This document shows positions 16,288 to 25,444 of a stretch of DNA of 64,000 nt, one piece after another. Under the pieces are notes generated by a model, which ran no database searches, was not told the DNA's origin, and worked only from the letters and a program-made list of their open reading frames with translations. Within the stretch, counting starts at the first letter, position 1. Every line of letters starts with the position of its first letter. This DNA is from an uncultured Gammaproteobacteria bacterium (GTDB taxonomy: Bacteria; Pseudomonadota; Gammaproteobacteria; Arenicellales; JAANXG01): the NCBI GenBank assembly GCA_947258975.1, contig CAMYKK010000003.1:24503-88502 (forward strand), given 5' to 3'. The position numbers and the translations under genes are program-made.

Positions 16288-16799
16288 GAGCGATGACACC
16301 TGAGTACGAGAACTTACATTTAAGTAAAAGATTATCGTCGCCAATAATAGCGCATTGCTTGTCGACATCCCGAACGCTGCCACAGGACGCGCACGGCTGA
16401 GCACCCTCTGGAGCGCGGGAACGACGAGCCGGAGTCTCCGACTCCGACTCCTATTTGACTGTTGCACATGGGCCACGCGCAGGAACCGGTCGCGGCCGGA
16501 ATTGGGCGTGGCCGCGGTAAAATGCGGAAACAGTCACTGTGACTCAAAGCTGTGAGTTCTCCCGCAGATCCCGAGTTTCGCGCCGCCTGTTGCGAAATGC
16601 GTATTGACAGTTTGTCGGCCTTGGGTGATCTTAGCGAGGTTGGTGGGAAATCGAGGCCACTTTGGCGATTTTTCGGAGCGAGCAGCGAGCTATATAATTA
16701 AAAAAGTGGTTGCACCGCGCCGCTGTTCCCCCCACCGCAGTAGATCTACCCTCAGTCCAATAGACTGCTGGGTCAATATTAACGTTTGGAGTCCGGCCG

Positions 16800-16970
16800 G
16801 TGGAATACAAACTGTACATGTGCGTGATTTGTGGATTTGTGTACGACGAAGAAAAGGGTTTACCGGAACAGGGTATTCCGCCGGGCACGCGTTGGGATGA
16901 TGTCTCCGCGAGTTGGCAATGCCCGGATTGCGGCGCCGGTAAGGGCGACTTTGAACTAGTAGAAATCTAG
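16800..16970 (+). CDS. Rubredoxin (56 aa from GTG 16800, or 50 aa from ATG 16818); absent from the ORF track because it is under 60 aa
   Basis: Hand translation gives (M)[55 protein letters not shown]. Both CxxCG knuckles (CVICG, CPDCG) and the conserved W/F/Y positions are present. GGAG at 16787-16790 lies 9 nt before the GTG. Confidence 0.85.
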   Translation: MEYKLYMCVICGFVYDEEKGLPEQGIPPGTRWDDVSASWQCPDCGAGKGDFELVEI

Positions 16971-16996
16971 CCCGTAGTTTGCGTCAAGGCGGCGGA
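16968..16996. repeat. Left arm of the 29-bp inverted repeat flanking rpmE
   Basis: TAGCCCGTAGTTTGCGTCAAGGCGGCGGA. It begins with the rubredoxin TAG stop and matches the reverse complement of 17396-17424 at 27/29 positions. Confidence 0.8.
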
Positions 16997-17004
16997 TGGT
17001 CGAA

Positions 17005-17211
17005 TCAGGCGGGACGACCGTATTTCTGTTTGAAGCGGCCGACCCGGCCCGCGGTATCGACAATCTTCTGCTTGCCGGTGTAAAACGGGTGGCAAGCGGA
17101 ACAAATTTCCACGTGGAGATCCTTTCCGAGGGTGGAGCGGGTCTCGAAGGAGTTACCGCACGCGCAGGTTACCGAAATCACGTCATACTTGGGATGGATA
17201 CCGGCTTTCAT
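17005..17211 (-). CDS. rpmE: 50S ribosomal protein L31 (Zn-ribbon C+ type)
   Basis: [49 protein letters not shown].. The start is at 17211; the track ORF carries a 21-aa upstream extension. Confidence 0.95.
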   Translation of the reverse strand: MKAGIHPKYDVISVTCACGNSFETRSTLGKDLHVEICSACHPFYTGKQKIVDTAGRVGRFKQKYGRPA

Positions 17212-17395
17212 CTCACTGTCCAGATTAGGTCTCAAGGGGTCGCGGATAATAGGCAAAACCCTCCGCATTTGCAACCTGGGCTAAGCAGTCTGCCGGATTC
17301 AGGATAAATCTACTGCGGTGGCGGGCATCGGGCTGGACGCCGCTCTGGAGCGCAATGCATAGCCGTTGTTGCCACACGCATTTGTAGCCCGTATT

Positions 17396-17424
17396 TCCGC
17401 CGCCTTGACGCAATATACGGGCTA
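17396..17424. repeat. Right arm of the inverted repeat flanking rpmE; also part of a local hairpin
   Basis: TCCGCCGCCTTGACGCAATATACGGGCTA ends with the complement of the rho TAG stop (17422-17424). Locally, TAGCCCGTA (17385-17393) pairs with TACGGGCTA (17416-17424). Confidence 0.8.
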
Positions 17425-18684
17425 ACGCTTCATAGACTGAAAAAATTCAGTGTTGCTCTTGGTCGCACGGAGCTTGTCGAGCAGGAATTCTATGGCCTCG
17501 ACGTCACCCATCGGATGCAGCAATTTGCGCAGCAGCCAGATTTTCTGAAGTTCTTGGGGGTCGGTCAACAATTCCTCGCGGCGGGTACCCGATTTGCCGA
17601 TGATAATCGCCGGGTATACGCGTTTCTCGGAAATACGGCGATCCAGGTGAATCTCCAGGTTCCCGGTACCTTTGAATTCTTCGTAGATCACGTCGTCCAT
17701 TTTTGAACCGGTATCAATGAGCGCAGTCGCCAGAATGGTTAAGCTGCCGCCCTCTTCGATATTGCGAGCGGCGCCAAAGAACCGTTTTGGTTTCTGCAGG
17801 GCATTGGCATCCACGCCACCCGTGAGCACCTTGCCGGAGGCTGGTTGCACCGTGTTGTAGGCGCGCGCAAGACGGGTAATGGAATCCAGCAAAATCACCA
17901 CATCCGTCTTATGCTCCACCAGCCGCTTGGCCTTCTCAATCATCATCTCCGCCACCTGCACATGCCGGGCCGCCGGTTCGTCAAAGGTCGACGATATGAC
18001 CTCGCCTCTGACCGACCGTTGCATTTCCGTTACCTCTTCGGGACGTTCATCGATCAACAGAACCATCAAGACGCAATCGGGATTGTTAGCGATGATCGAA
18101 TGTGCGATCTGCTGCAGGATTACTGTCTTGCCGCTTTTAGGCGAGGAAACGATTAGGCCACGTTGGCCCCTCCCGACCGGCGCAATGAGATCAATCACCC
18201 GCGCTGTCAAATCCTCGGTGGTGCCATTTTCTTGTTCCAGGCGGATACGCTGATCGGGGTGTAACGGCGTGAGGTTCTCGAACAGGATCTTGTTCTTGGC
18301 CTCGTCCGGAGATTGAAAGTTGATGGTCTCTACCTTGAGTAGCGCGAAATAGCGCTCGGATTCCTTGGGCGGGCGAATGAGGCCGGTGATGGTGTCCCCG
18401 GTGCGCAAATTGAATCGCCGAATCTGGCTGGGAGACACATAGATATCGTCCGGTCCCGCCAGGTAAGAACTGTCTGCCGAGCGCAAAAAGCCAAATCCGT
18501 CCTGCAGTATCTCCACGACCCCCTCGCCGGTGATGTCCTCGCCCTTTTTCGCCTGGGCCTTCAGAATCGCGAAGATCTGATCCTGTTTGCGCATCCGCCC
18601 CAGGCCATCAAGGTCCATGGAACGAGCAATATCAGCAAGTTCCGTAGGCGGCTTCTTTTTCAATTCTCCCAATGATAGTGACAT
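17422..18684 (-). CDS. rho: Transcription termination factor Rho
   Basis: 420 aa with the N-terminal RNA-binding domain, Walker A (SSPKSGKT) and the full-length Rho signature. Confidence 0.98.
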   Translation of the reverse strand: MSLSLGELKKKPPTELADIARSMDLDGLGRMRKQDQIFAILKAQAKKGEDITGEGVVEILQDGFGFLRSADSSYLAGPDDIYVSPSQIRRFNLRTGDTITGLIRPPKESERYFALLKVETINFQSPDEAKNKILFENLTPLHPDQRIRLEQENGTTEDLTARVIDLIAPVGRGQRGLIVSSPKSGKTVILQQIAHSIIANNPDCVLMVLLIDERPEEVTEMQRSVRGEVISSTFDEPAARHVQVAEMMIEKAKRLVEHKTDVVILLDSITRLARAYNTVQPASGKVLTGGVDANALQKPKRFFGAARNIEEGGSLTILATALIDTGSKMDDVIYEEFKGTGNLEIHLDRRISEKRVYPAIIIGKSGTRREELLTDPQELQKIWLLRKLLHPMGDVEAIEFLLDKLRATKSNTEFFQSMKR

Positions 18685-18821
18685 AAGCAGCTAAAAATAC
18701 TAGTGGCGGCGCCTAATGGCACCCAAAATCGGAGGTAATAGGGTAAGCTGGTGAAGTTAGCGGGACGTTATTGTTACGTACAAACGATAGCACGGGCTGG
18801 GCCCGAGGTCCAGTGAATGCC

Positions 18822-19151
18822 TCATAGGTTTCCGTCAAGAAAAGCGGTGAGCTGAGATTTAGACATGGCGCCAACCTTAGTCGCCTCGACGTTTCCGTTC
18901 TTGAACAGCATCAACGTGGGAATGCCGCGAATTCCGTACTTTGGCGGTGTATTTGGATTATCGTCGATATTGAGTTTGGCGATAGTCAAACGACCGGCGT
19001 ACTCGTCGGCGACCTCCTCCAAAACCGGCGCGATCATCTTACAGGGCCCGCACCACTCCGCCCAGTAATCTACCAGCACCGGGTGCTCGTTGTGGAGTAC
19101 GGTTTCATCGAAGTTTTCGTCAGTGGCTTGGACGATATTGGGAATTGACAT
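18822..19151 (-). CDS. trxA: Thioredoxin 1
   Basis: 109 aa with the WCGPC active site ([13 protein letters not shown]). Confidence 0.97.
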   Translation of the reverse strand: MSIPNIVQATDENFDETVLHNEHPVLVDYWAEWCGPCKMIAPVLEEVADEYAGRLTIAKLNIDDNPNTPPKYGIRGIPTLMLFKNGNVEATKVGAMSKSQLTAFLDGNL

Positions 19152-19258
19152 CGAAAATATGCGCCTCTGTAGCTTTAGTGTTGTGCCTCATTTTGTGCTG
19201 ATTCAAATCGGCATTGCAAGTCCCCTAAACCATTGATTCCTGGTATCATCTCTGATAT

Positions 19259-20752
19259 ATGACAGAAAAACATCTTAGCACTCTATCTTTTACAGATCTT
19301 GACCTGCCGACACCTTTGTTGCACGGCGCCAACGACGCCGGTTTCGAATTCTGTACCCCCATCCAGGCCGAAGCACTTCCCGTAGCATTGGCCGGTCAAG
19401 ACGTGGCGGGGCAGGCCAAGACGGGGACCGGTAAAACCGCTGCGTTTTTGCTCGCTCTTTTTGCGTACTTATTACGTCATCCCCCCGCTGTTGAACGCGG
19501 TGTCCGACAACCGCTGGGATTAATCCTCTCCCCCACACGTGAACTGGCGATTCAGATCCATAAGGATGCCCAGATATTGGGTCGGCACACCTCATATAAG
19601 CTTGCATTGATATATGGGGGCACGGGATACGAAACACAACGCCGTACGCTGGAAGCGGGCGCAGACGTCCTAATCGGCACGCCAGGGCGCTTGATCGACT
19701 ATTTCAAGCAAAAGCTGTTTGATTTTAGTGCATTGCAGGTGCTGGTGCTGGATGAGGCGGACCGCATGTTCGACCTCGGCTTCATCCGCGATATCCGCTA
19801 TCTGTTTCGTCGCATGCCGGCCCCGGACAAGCGACTAAACATGTTGTTTTCTGCAACACTTTCACTGCGGGTCAACGAACTTGCTTACGAGCATATGAAT
19901 AACCCGCAGGTGATCAAGATCGAGTCGGAACACTTGACTGTCGATCAGGTTACCGAAAAGGTTTATTTTCCGAGTAATGAAGAAAAAATCCCGCTGCTGT
20001 TGAAGGTGCTCAAGCTGGTTGGTGCGGTGCGCACTTTGGTTTTCGTGAATACGAAACACGGTGCTGAAACCGTCGAGGCCTGGTTGCGAGGCAACGACTA
20101 TGTGACTGGGGTACTATCTGGCAACGTCCCCCAACGCCAGCGTGAGCGGCTGCTGCAGGACTTTAAATCCGGTGCAGTTTCCGTGCTCGTAGCGACCGAC
20201 GTCGCTGCCCGCGGCCTGCATATTCCTGACGTCAGTCACGTGGTCAACTTTGATTTACCGCAAGATGCTGAAGACTACGTGCATCGAGTCGGGCGCACCG
20301 CTCGAGCGGGGGCCAGCGGTGACGCCATTAGTTTCGCTTGCGAGACTTACGCGTTTTCGTTGGAGGATATTGAACAATATATTGGCCACAAGATCCCGAC
20401 TGACACGATCGATCACGACGCGTTGGAGACACCGAAACCTCCGGTTCGCCCCACGCGCAAGTCTCGACATGCGCCAACTAAGAAGCGGGCGGAGCAAGGC
20501 AGCCGCCCACGCAGATCCAAGACGAGCGGCGAACCTCATGTGAAAACCGCACATAAGGAAGCGGCCAGCAGCGCACCCAAGGAAAGCAAACACAGCCTCA
20601 GCCCGAAGAAGGGATCACCTAAGGCCGACGAGGCGAGTAAACGTACAAGTGATGAAACCGTCGCCGGCAGAACCGCTAAAGCCAAGCCTACGGCTACAAA
20701 AAAACCGATCAATAGACGTCGCGGCGGCAAAGAGACGCCGGCAGTGGGCTGA
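19259..20752 (+). CDS. rhlB: DEAD-box ATP-dependent RNA helicase RhlB
   Basis: Q-motif, AQAKTGTGKT, DEAD (VLDEADRMFD), SAT, HRVGRTARAG and a basic C-terminal tail. Divergent from trxA-rho, as in E. coli. Confidence 0.88.
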   Translation: MTEKHLSTLSFTDLDLPTPLLHGANDAGFEFCTPIQAEALPVALAGQDVAGQAKTGTGKTAAFLLALFAYLLRHPPAVERGVRQPLGLILSPTRELAIQIHKDAQILGRHTSYKLALIYGGTGYETQRRTLEAGADVLIGTPGRLIDYFKQKLFDFSALQVLVLDEADRMFDLGFIRDIRYLFRRMPAPDKRLNMLFSATLSLRVNELAYEHMNNPQVIKIESEHLTVDQVTEKVYFPSNEEKIPLLLKVLKLVGAVRTLVFVNTKHGAETVEAWLRGNDYVTGVLSGNVPQRQRERLLQDFKSGAVSVLVATDVAARGLHIPDVSHVVNFDLPQDAEDYVHRVGRTARAGASGDAISFACETYAFSLEDIEQYIGHKIPTDTIDHDALETPKPPVRPTRKSRHAPTKKRAEQGSRPRRSKTSGEPHVKTAHKEAASSAPKESKHSLSPKKGSPKADEASKRTSDETVAGRTAKAKPTATKKPINRRRGGKETPAVG

Positions 20753-20901
20753 GTCCGCCCCAGTGTGTATGCGCGAGTCATAGAAACCGGCCTTGGATTT
20801 CGTGCACACCTTGCGTGCCATTATCCGGCCCATCCGGCACGCTATCGCACCAGCTCGATATTCATGACTATCGAGGCACGCGTTTCAATCGAGTGATTTC
20901 C

Positions 20902-21417
20902 ATGCGCCGCCTGTTGGGGATAAAGATCGAATTCTCTCTGCGTTTGGCGTTCCTTGCTGTGTTGTTGTCTTCGGGGTCCGGCCTGGTGAGCGCGTGTGGA
21001 AAATCCAACCCGCTGGATGCCGCGGAGCAAATCCGAGCTGCGATCGCCGCCGCACAGGGGGCCGCGCAGCAGCGGGACATTAGCACATTGAAAGATTTCG
21101 TCGCCGACGGCTACAAGGATCTGCGGGGATACGAAAAACGCGAAGTTGTTCGCCTGGTTCAGGGGTATCTGCTTCGCCATCGCAATATTCACATGCTGTC
21201 CAAAATCATCGATCTCGAGCTCATGGAACCCACACGTGCGTCTACATTATTGCTGGTGGCAATGGCGGGCCGACGAATCGAATCAGCGGAACAACTGTGG
21301 GACCTGCGCGCGGATGTGTTTCAGTTCGACCTGAGTTGGATACGAACCAACGGAGCGTGGCAAGTGGCGAACGCGACCTGGCGGCGTGTTCGTATCGATG
21401 ACTTTTTTTCCGATTGA
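20902..21417 (+). CDS. Putative lipoprotein, NTF2-like fold suspected
   Basis: The internal ATG at 20902 gives MRRLLGIK..LLSSGSGLVSAC with a lipobox. The rest has no family I can name with confidence. Confidence 0.55.
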   Translation: MRRLLGIKIEFSLRLAFLAVLLSSGSGLVSACGKSNPLDAAEQIRAAIAAAQGAAQQRDISTLKDFVADGYKDLRGYEKREVVRLVQGYLLRHRNIHMLSKIIDLELMEPTRASTLLLVAMAGRRIESAEQLWDLRADVFQFDLSWIRTNGAWQVANATWRRVRIDDFFSD

Positions 21418-21488
21418 CCCATTATTGCACCAAGGTTTCTGCAGGACGGCGTACGGATCCGGCGGTTGGACGCCGCATCGGAGCGACG

Positions 21489-21554
21489 AAAAGAGGGATC
21501 GGAGTCGAATGGCGCTGACTTAACCCGCATTTCTCACCAGGCGGCACCAAACTC
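21489..21554. repeat. Partial copy of the composite repeat (half hairpin plus module M1)
   Basis: AAAAGAGGGATCGGAGTC, then CCGCATTTCTCACCAGGCGGCACCAAACTC, which is 26/30 identical to 6956-6985. Confidence 0.5.
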
Positions 21555-21644
21555 CAAATTCATGGTGATACTCAAGGCATCCTGCAGAAATAACGAATTG
21601 CACACTGTTACGACAATCACGCCTATGTTGGTGGCATATACGGG

Positions 21645-21950
21645 TTACGCTCCGGGCATGCGCGTGATATTCATGCCGGCGTTGCGTTTTTTTGTGCTGT
21701 GATCCGGATCGGCGGATATGACGCAAGATCCGCTGGCGCATCCAAAGCGCTTATTGATAACAAAGAACATTGGTACCAACAGGGGAAACAGCGTCACCAA
21801 CGACCACCGCAGGAGGCCCCCGGTAAAGGCGTTCGGCGCGAACAGCCATTCCGTGAAATATAGTCCCGAGTAAAAAAACAACACCGAAAATGCCAACCAC
21901 AGCACGCGCCCGAAAAACGGGAGGAATACGATATTACGAACCTTATGCAT
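21645..21950 (-). CDS. Small hypothetical membrane protein
   Basis: 101 aa with 2-3 hydrophobic helices. No recognised family. A + strand hairpin and T7 run (about 21652-21695) lie inside its 3' end, so the true extent is uncertain. Confidence 0.4.
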   Translation of the reverse strand: MHKVRNIVFLPFFGRVLWLAFSVLFFYSGLYFTEWLFAPNAFTGGLLRWSLVTLFPLLVPMFFVINKRFGCASGSCVISADPDHSTKKRNAGMNITRMPGA

Positions 21951-22026
21951 GGGTAATGACGCTCCAAGCTGTTAGTTATAGATGGTGGCGTTACCGGCGT
22001 TACCGCAAACAGTCAACCGTGAATCG

Positions 22027-23691
22027 TCACAGAATGTCACTCAGGGCCTCCAGGGCGGCGATCAGGGGTCCGCGCAGATGCACCCGTAATATTCGTCGTC
22101 CGCGTTCTGTCAGCACGTTGAAATCCCCGGCGGCCTGCGCGGTGATCAACTGCTGAAACGTATAACCTTGGCCGGGGATCGGCAGGTCCTGTGCAGGCTC
22201 CGCGGTGACTTGCAGGTAAATTCCAGAGTCAGGTCCGCCTTTATGAAGTTGGCCGCTGGAATGAAGATAACGCGGACCGTAGGTGAGACAAGTTACGATT
22301 CCGAATCGTTCTTGCAGGAGCCGGCGCATCACGTACAGCCTTGAATCGACCTCTGGAGACGGCGGCAGATAGGCGAGAACCGCCAAAAAATCCCCCGGAC
22401 GCGCCTCAGCCGCGAGTTTTTCCAGCGGGCCGATTGTGCCTCCCGTCGTGGGCAGATAGCGTGTGTCGCCGAACCATTCGCAGATGTTGTCTTTGTATAA
22501 GCTAGACGCATCGGCCGCCAAGGATCCCCGTTCGAGGGCCTCGAGGGATCGCTTGGTCGCCAATTTCGCATCGGCAACATCGGGTTCGTCGAAGGGATTA
22601 ATGCCCAGCTTGTACGCCGCGACGGCAGTGGCGAACTCCCACCGAAAAAACTCCCCCCCTAGCTCCGTCAGGTCATTGATTGACCAATGAAAAACCGGAT
22701 GTCCGAGTTCGCCCAAACGGTCCAGCTCGCGTGGTATTCCGGCCTCTTGTTCCGCGGCGGTGGTGATGGAGACGAATACCTGGTCAGCGTGGTTGGAACC
22801 CGGAATCGGATTATCCACGGGAACGATGCCCTGACCTTGCTTGCCCGTGCTCTCCGCGACCAGTTGCTCGATCCAGGCACCGAGTGGCGCCACGCATGGT
22901 GACAAAAACAAGTTAAGCTTGTCCCGACCCTTGAGCGCCAGATCCGCCAGCGCGGCCCCCAGATGAATAGCGGTGTTGTCAGCGGGAGCGGCAGTGGGTT
23001 TGGTGCTATCGGCGGCATTGACCGCGCTGCTCACCAGGGCCTCCAGGTCGATGCCAAGCAACGCAGCAGGGAGCATCCCGAAATAAGTGAGCGCCGAATA
23101 ACGCCCGCCGACATCAGCCGGGGCCAGGAAGCAGTCGCGGAATTGGTGCTGCGCGGCCAATTGTTGTAAAGAGGTCCCCTCATCGGTAATCGCGATAAAG
23201 TGCTCTCCCGGCGTGTCTTTATGGGCTTTGAGCCGATGATAAAAATACGCGAACAACGACATCGTCTCAGCGGTGCCGCCTGACTTGCTGGATACCAGAA
23301 ATAGGGTGTCTGGTAATGACACCTTATCCTCTACCGCACGTATCGCGTCGGGGGCCGTGGTATCCAAGACTTCGAGTTGGAAAAAACCCGGGGCTGAACC
23401 AAAGGTTTTGCTCAGCACTTCCGGGGCGAGACTGGATCCACCCATGCCCAGCAGTACTGCTGTTGTGAAACCATCATTGCGTACTTGCTTCGCGAACCGG
23501 GTCAACCGCTCGATATTTGGCCGTGTCCAATTCACAGCGTCGAGCCACCCGAGCCGATTGTGTATGTGCCGCTGCTCGTCGGCGTGTGACGACCACAAGC
23601 TCGCATCCTTTCGCCAGATGCGTTCGGCGACTTCCACGACGGATCGAGCGTCGAGCGTTTCCGCGGAGATGGCGCGTGTTTCAATTCTCAT
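22027..23691 (-). CDS. pgi: Glucose-6-phosphate isomerase
   Basis: PGI-family motifs LGMGGSSLAPEV, SKSGGTAET and VGGRYSALT; 554 aa. Confidence 0.85.
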   Translation of the reverse strand: MRIETRAISAETLDARSVVEVAERIWRKDASLWSSHADEQRHIHNRLGWLDAVNWTRPNIERLTRFAKQVRNDGFTTAVLLGMGGSSLAPEVLSKTFGSAPGFFQLEVLDTTAPDAIRAVEDKVSLPDTLFLVSSKSGGTAETMSLFAYFYHRLKAHKDTPGEHFIAITDEGTSLQQLAAQHQFRDCFLAPADVGGRYSALTYFGMLPAALLGIDLEALVSSAVNAADSTKPTAAPADNTAIHLGAALADLALKGRDKLNLFLSPCVAPLGAWIEQLVAESTGKQGQGIVPVDNPIPGSNHADQVFVSITTAAEQEAGIPRELDRLGELGHPVFHWSINDLTELGGEFFRWEFATAVAAYKLGINPFDEPDVADAKLATKRSLEALERGSLAADASSLYKDNICEWFGDTRYLPTTGGTIGPLEKLAAEARPGDFLAVLAYLPPSPEVDSRLYVMRRLLQERFGIVTCLTYGPRYLHSSGQLHKGGPDSGIYLQVTAEPAQDLPIPGQGYTFQQLITAQAAGDFNVLTERGRRILRVHLRGPLIAALEALSDIL

Positions 23692-23693
23692 GT

Positions 23694-24458
23694 TTAGGGT
23701 ACCGCCCTTGAGTCAATTATTTGGCAAAGGTGAGCAGATATATCATTTATCATGGCTGTCAGCAGCATACGGCCTTTTTCGCGACTAGCCAATGTCGGGT
23801 CGCCGATGACGCCGGCTGGAGAATAATTGGGGTCATGTTCTTCGTCTCTGCGCAGCGGACCGGCGCGCATGGGCCTGTCCCAAGCGACCGCATCGTGCAT
23901 GCTGATTGCATGGACGTCGATGGCGAGCATGATGGAGGTCTCTCGCTCATCGGCGTGTCCGCCGTGCGCTTGTCCTAAGATTGTTTGTTCTAGTCGGACA
24001 ACGGATGGTCCCTCATAGACGTTAATCAAATGCGTATCCGTCGTGCCCTCACTCACCTGCATTAACGCCTTTTTTGTACTTACGCCCGTATTGAGGATGA
24101 TTACCGTTTGTACGCGATGATGGAGTAGCGTGGAAACGATCTCCCGAACCACTGCGGTAAATGTGGGCTCCGACAGTGAACAACTTCCGGGGTATTCGAT
24201 GAATGCCGGATAGTATCCATAGCCCACGGTTGGCCACACGAGAATGTCGAACGTTTCCGTCAATCGCCGTGCGAGCCACTCTGCCTGTATTTGATCGGTA
24301 TTCATGGGGAGATGATAACCATGTTCCTTGGCGCTCGCCCCGACAGGCAGCACCCCAGCTGCGCCATTGGCGATCCGCCTTTCAACCTCCGGCCAGGACA
24401 GTGATGCAACAAATGCCCCTGGGGTGGCTGGCTTATTGTGGTGGGACCTGCTTTCCAT
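23694..24458 (-). CDS. Creatininase-family amidohydrolase
   Basis: ..LPVGASAKEHGYHLPMNTD.. and ..GGHADERETS.. motifs. Its stop lies 2 nt before the pgi start, so the two are probably co-transcribed. Confidence 0.82.
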   Translation of the reverse strand: MESRSHHNKPATPGAFVASLSWPEVERRIANGAAGVLPVGASAKEHGYHLPMNTDQIQAEWLARRLTETFDILVWPTVGYGYYPAFIEYPGSCSLSEPTFTAVVREIVSTLLHHRVQTVIILNTGVSTKKALMQVSEGTTDTHLINVYEGPSVVRLEQTILGQAHGGHADERETSIMLAIDVHAISMHDAVAWDRPMRAGPLRRDEEHDPNYSPAGVIGDPTLASREKGRMLLTAMINDISAHLCQIIDSRAVP

Positions 24459-24687
24459 TGACGCTATTATACAACTGCCGACATCGACCTTTTATCTGCA
24501 AGCCTTGTCGTTTCGACGCTCCAGTTGTTCACAATGAACATAATCACCAAATCGCAGCCGCACATTGCGCTGCCACCCGACGGGTTGCGGCACACGGTGC
24601 TGTGAACATACAACGCAACTGTAGTGATCGCCCATTGATCGACGACTCGGGAAACCCTGTGCTCGGGGGTGGTGCCAATCCGGTGGG

Positions 24688-25371
24688 TCAATCCGCGAGG
24701 TTCGGTATTTCCGCCTCCAGGCGCGGGTACAGACTGGAGTGCGCGCTCCAATTACGCAAAAACCGCGACCGGTCGCGTCGATAGGCGCGCACCGCCCGGA
24801 ACTCAGTCCTATGCTCCTTGGCGGCATCCAAATCCAGCACTACAAGCTGATTGCCGCCTACCAGTATATTGGTGGCCTTCATGTCCCCGTGGCTGAGGCG
24901 GTGGGCGCGCATGCTGGAGAAGATCCTTTTGATGCCGTCGATGATGTATTCGGCGTTCTCGTTATCATTCAAAGCGTCCATACAGGGTATGCCGTTGACG
25001 TGTTCCGCGATGTAATAAGAACGTCCCCGCAACGGTCCAAACCTGTTTTCGATCATGGCGACCGGCCGAGCGGTGGTGATCCCGATGTCCATGAATCGGT
25101 GCGCCAACCGCCAACATACGGCAGCCCGGGTGGAGCGAACTGCCCGCCGCATGGCATGCCATAGATTTTTCGTGTTGTAGCGCTTAATAACGAATTTCTG
25201 AATGCCGCCCACGACCAGAACGACGGTCGTCGTGCGATCATGTTTGTAAAGTTCCTCGTAGCCTCCGTCGATCAGATAGGCGTCGGGCGCAGAGAGTATT
25301 GACTGCAGCAGGGGCGAGTTATACTGCTCGTGATAGACAGTACGCTTCGTGAAGTGACTTCTCGTGATCAC
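24688..25371 (-). CDS. Lipopolysaccharide kinase (InaA/RfaY/WapP-like) family protein
   Basis: Kinase catalytic loop HGDMKATNILV and LDLD. Lies at the end of the waa core-LPS cluster. Confidence 0.8.
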   Translation of the reverse strand: MITRSHFTKRTVYHEQYNSPLLQSILSAPDAYLIDGGYEELYKHDRTTTVVLVVGGIQKFVIKRYNTKNLWHAMRRAVRSTRAAVCWRLAHRFMDIGITTARPVAMIENRFGPLRGRSYYIAEHVNGIPCMDALNDNENAEYIIDGIKRIFSSMRAHRLSHGDMKATNILVGGNQLVVLDLDAAKEHRTEFRAVRAYRRDRSRFLRNWSAHSSLYPRLEAEIPNLAD

Positions 25372-25444
25372 GACATCACTGCTAACTATCTTAGAGGCCG
25401 AGGTGTGTGCGTGTGGTCGATTATCGGCTTATCCGAATTTCTAG

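Noticed and set aside
16288-16560. TPP (THI-box) riboswitch upstream of thiD-thiE
   Set aside because: I read both strands. GGGTGC and, on the opposite strand, GGCTGAG..ACCC are present. The obligatory CUGAGA in the correct context and the ACCUGAUCYGGRUAAURCCRGCG core are absent, so there is no credible THI element by eye. A cmsearch with RF00059 would settle it.
16604-16900. 98-aa (+) and 85-aa (-) track ORFs over the rubredoxin locus
   Set aside because: They have no recognisable family and implausible composition. A different + frame encodes a textbook rubredoxin with an RBS.
21652-21695. + strand hairpin (GGCATG..CATGCC) plus T7 run as terminator for the lipoprotein gene
   Set aside because: The stem is short, the T-run is separated from it by 6 nt, and the whole thing lies inside the 3' end of the minus-strand 101-aa ORF. 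It is ambiguous, so it lowers confidence in that ORF rather than supporting a feature.
24526-24540. Palindrome TGTTCA-CAA-TGAACA upstream of the creatininase-family gene
   Set aside because: The arms are only 6 bp, which is expected by chance in 64 kb. It matches no regulator consensus I can name and is not a LexA box (CTGT-N8-ACAG).
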